From Guillardia theta CCMP2712 (Eukaryota; Protista; Cryptophyta): a stretch of DNA of 64,000 nt. The translations under genes were made by a program, and so were the position numbers. This document shows, piece by piece, positions 62,100-64,000 of this stretch (position 1 is the stretch's first letter; every line of letters begins with the position of its first letter). The notes below the pieces were generated by a model that saw only the letters and a list, made by a program, of their open reading frames with translations, made no database searches and had not been told where the DNA came from. The stretch spans positions 667,877-731,876 of the forward strand of contig NW_005434666.1 of assembly GCF_000315625.1 (NCBI RefSeq), in the 5' to 3' direction.

Positions 62100-62890
62100 A
62101 TGAACAGGTTGATCTCCGGTATGGCGAAGGCCTGCGTTCCGCAGCAGACCTCGGCCCTCAGTCTTGCATGGAGGATGGGGAGTGTCCGCGGCGTGAAGGC
62201 TAGCTCCCGAACGGTGAAGGTGATTCTCAAGCAGGACATGGAGCACTTGGGGTTTCGTGGCGAGTTGCATGCAGTTAGGCCCGGTGAGATGGTAACTGGT
62301 CTCCTGCTGCTGCTGCTGATCGACCTCGCAGGCCATGCTCGAAATTATTTGATACCGCAGAAGATAGCTGTTTATGCCACCCTGGACAACATGCAGAAAT
62401 ACTTAACTACCAGTGAGGAGGAAGCACAGTTGAAGAACGAAGAGAAAGTGAGAAGAGACTGATCGTAGGCCCTGCGATGCTGATGGTTCTGCTGCCAGAT
62501 ACGACAAAGGAGGATGGAGAAGCAGCTGTCGAAGCTGAAGTTGACGATGAAGAGACACAGCGTTGAGGATGGCAAGCTCTACGGGTCTGTGACAGCAAAG
62601 AACATCTCAGATAAACTCGCCAAGTAGACGATGATCCTTGCAAGTTTGATCAGACCTGACAGCTCGATACAGGATAGACATGGAGATCAAGCCCGAGGAC
62701 ATCCTTCTTGAGGCCCCCATCAAGGTGCTGTTGAATTCTCCTTGGCTCCGAATCTTAATCTCTTTTTTCTTCCTTTCCTGCCTCATCGATTCTCCTGAAC
62801 TCAAAACAGGAACTGGGAAGTTTCGATATTCCTGTTCGTTGGGAGGGCAACCGTACAGCAACTCTCAAGCTTGAAGTGTTGAAGCGGTGA
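62100..62890 (+). CDS. MRPL9: Organellar (probably mitochondrial) ribosomal protein bL9
   Basis: Basic presequence-like N-terminus, then VKVILKQDMEHLGFRGELHAVRP|GHARNYLIPQKIAVYAT; DGKLYGSVTAKNISDKL; ILLEAPIK|ELGSFDIPV..LKLEVLKR*. Confidence 0.9.
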
Positions 62891-63195
62891 GGTGCTTGAG
62901 TAAACGGTGTCATGCAGCTGAGAGCAGAGGAGCAATCAAAATGAGACTTTCAAAATGTCGGCTCTGTTCTTCTCGGATCGCTAGCTTCACGTTTGCTTTC
63001 GAATGAAATACAATCGAAATCGATGGGGCATCCATCATTTCTGCAACATTTGAATGTTTCCTGTACGAACCAAACTGACAAGAATTCATTGCTATTTCAT
63101 CATAGTCGACTATGTACATGGATCAATTTGATTCTAGACCAATGTGTACAGGGGTAACTGCTCCTGAGCTGTTAATCTTTCACATTAACATTTCA

Positions 63196-64000
63196 TCAAT
63201 CTTCTCCCCAGCCCTTCAACTTCCCAGGGTCAGGAACCGGAGGCCAACCACGTGCTTTGATTCTCCGAATCTTGCGTTCGTTAAAGACTGCATAGCCACC
63301 CTGCTGCTTCAAGGTGTCGTGAACCTGCCGAGCACGCAGTCATGATCTATCGCAAGATCCAAGGAAAGAGAGCAACAAGCAGGAGCACAACCATCGGACG
63401 TAAATGAGTTAAAGGTGGGTGACGTTGGGGATGGTGCGACATTTCTATGCGCGGGGGGGAAAGCAGACAAGAAGAGAAGGGAGAGAGCCAGCGAGACAAC
63501 TCGAGCACAGGAGGACTTGGACCCACCGGGCAGCCGTGTGTGTACAGGCGGTTGAGGGACGTGTCTCGTAGCAGCGCTAGGAATACACGTCAGGACATTC
63601 TTGACACTGTCATATCACATCAATCTACTCACGTTCTGGTAATGTTGGTATCGGGTTGCCTCTGATGTCTAGTTTCTGCAGTGATGACATCTCACCAAAC
63701 TCTTCCGGAATCATTTCTATCTTGTTGAATGACACGTTGAATTCAACCAACTTGCCCAATCCGCTCAGTTCCGGCGGGAGCTCCTGAGTATACAAATCGA
63801 AATCAGTGCTTGCCCCTCCCTGAAGACTGAAGGTCTTTCTCACCTCGATCAAGTTTTCTCCAACGTTGAGGTACAAGAGCGAAACGCAATTTTTCAAAGC
63901 AGAAGGAATCTCAACCAATCTGTTGTGGGAGAGGTCCAATTGCTCCAACAATTTCAGTTGCCCCAGTTGTTCAGGAATAACATCAATGACGTTGTTGCTG
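63196..64000 (-). CDS. Leucine-rich repeat protein (LRRC57-like C-terminus), 5'-truncated by the window
   Basis: LxxLxLxxNxL repeats (LEQLDLSHNRLVEIP, LLYLNVGENLIE, LQKLDIRGNPIPTLP), then LLRDTSLNRLYTHGCP..LKQQGGYAVFNERK cap. Confidence 0.75.

Overview
Gene-dense, intron-rich eukaryotic nuclear DNA. The many ~45-55 nt introns with weak donors, (GGA)n/(GAT)n intronic microsatellites and flagellar genes suggest a cryptophyte alga such as Guillardia/Hanusia (inference, not verified). There are four 100-N scaffold gaps. Genes were spliced by eye, so exon boundaries are approximate. In order: RBBP5/Swd1 (+); a non-RD CDK-like kinase with an SP-rich repeat arm (-); a PKD2-like channel (-); a ~10 kb multidomain gene (+); R2R3-MYB (-); an intronless ARM protein (+); CNOT11 (-); a CLASP_N/TOG coiled-coil protein (+); FAM133-like (-); LpxB (+); a chromodomain ORF (-); a tail-anchored protein with about nine C2 domains (-); MED13 (+); CFAP61 (-); organellar ribosomal bL9 (+); and a partial LRR protein (-). 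The most novel item is the 10 kb gene. It encodes a beta-sandwich, a SEA-like module, 2x SAM, a PARP/ART-fold domain with all three H-Y-E catalytic positions substituted and a second copy of the beta-sandwich inserted inside it, a 4-Cys zinc ribbon, FN3 and an NHL-like propeller. Other highlights are the 9xC2 ferlin-like protein, a PKD2 filter lacking its conserved Asp, a eukaryotic lipid-A synthase, and a recurring palindrome-rich, GGGGT/ACCCC-polarised intergenic architecture.
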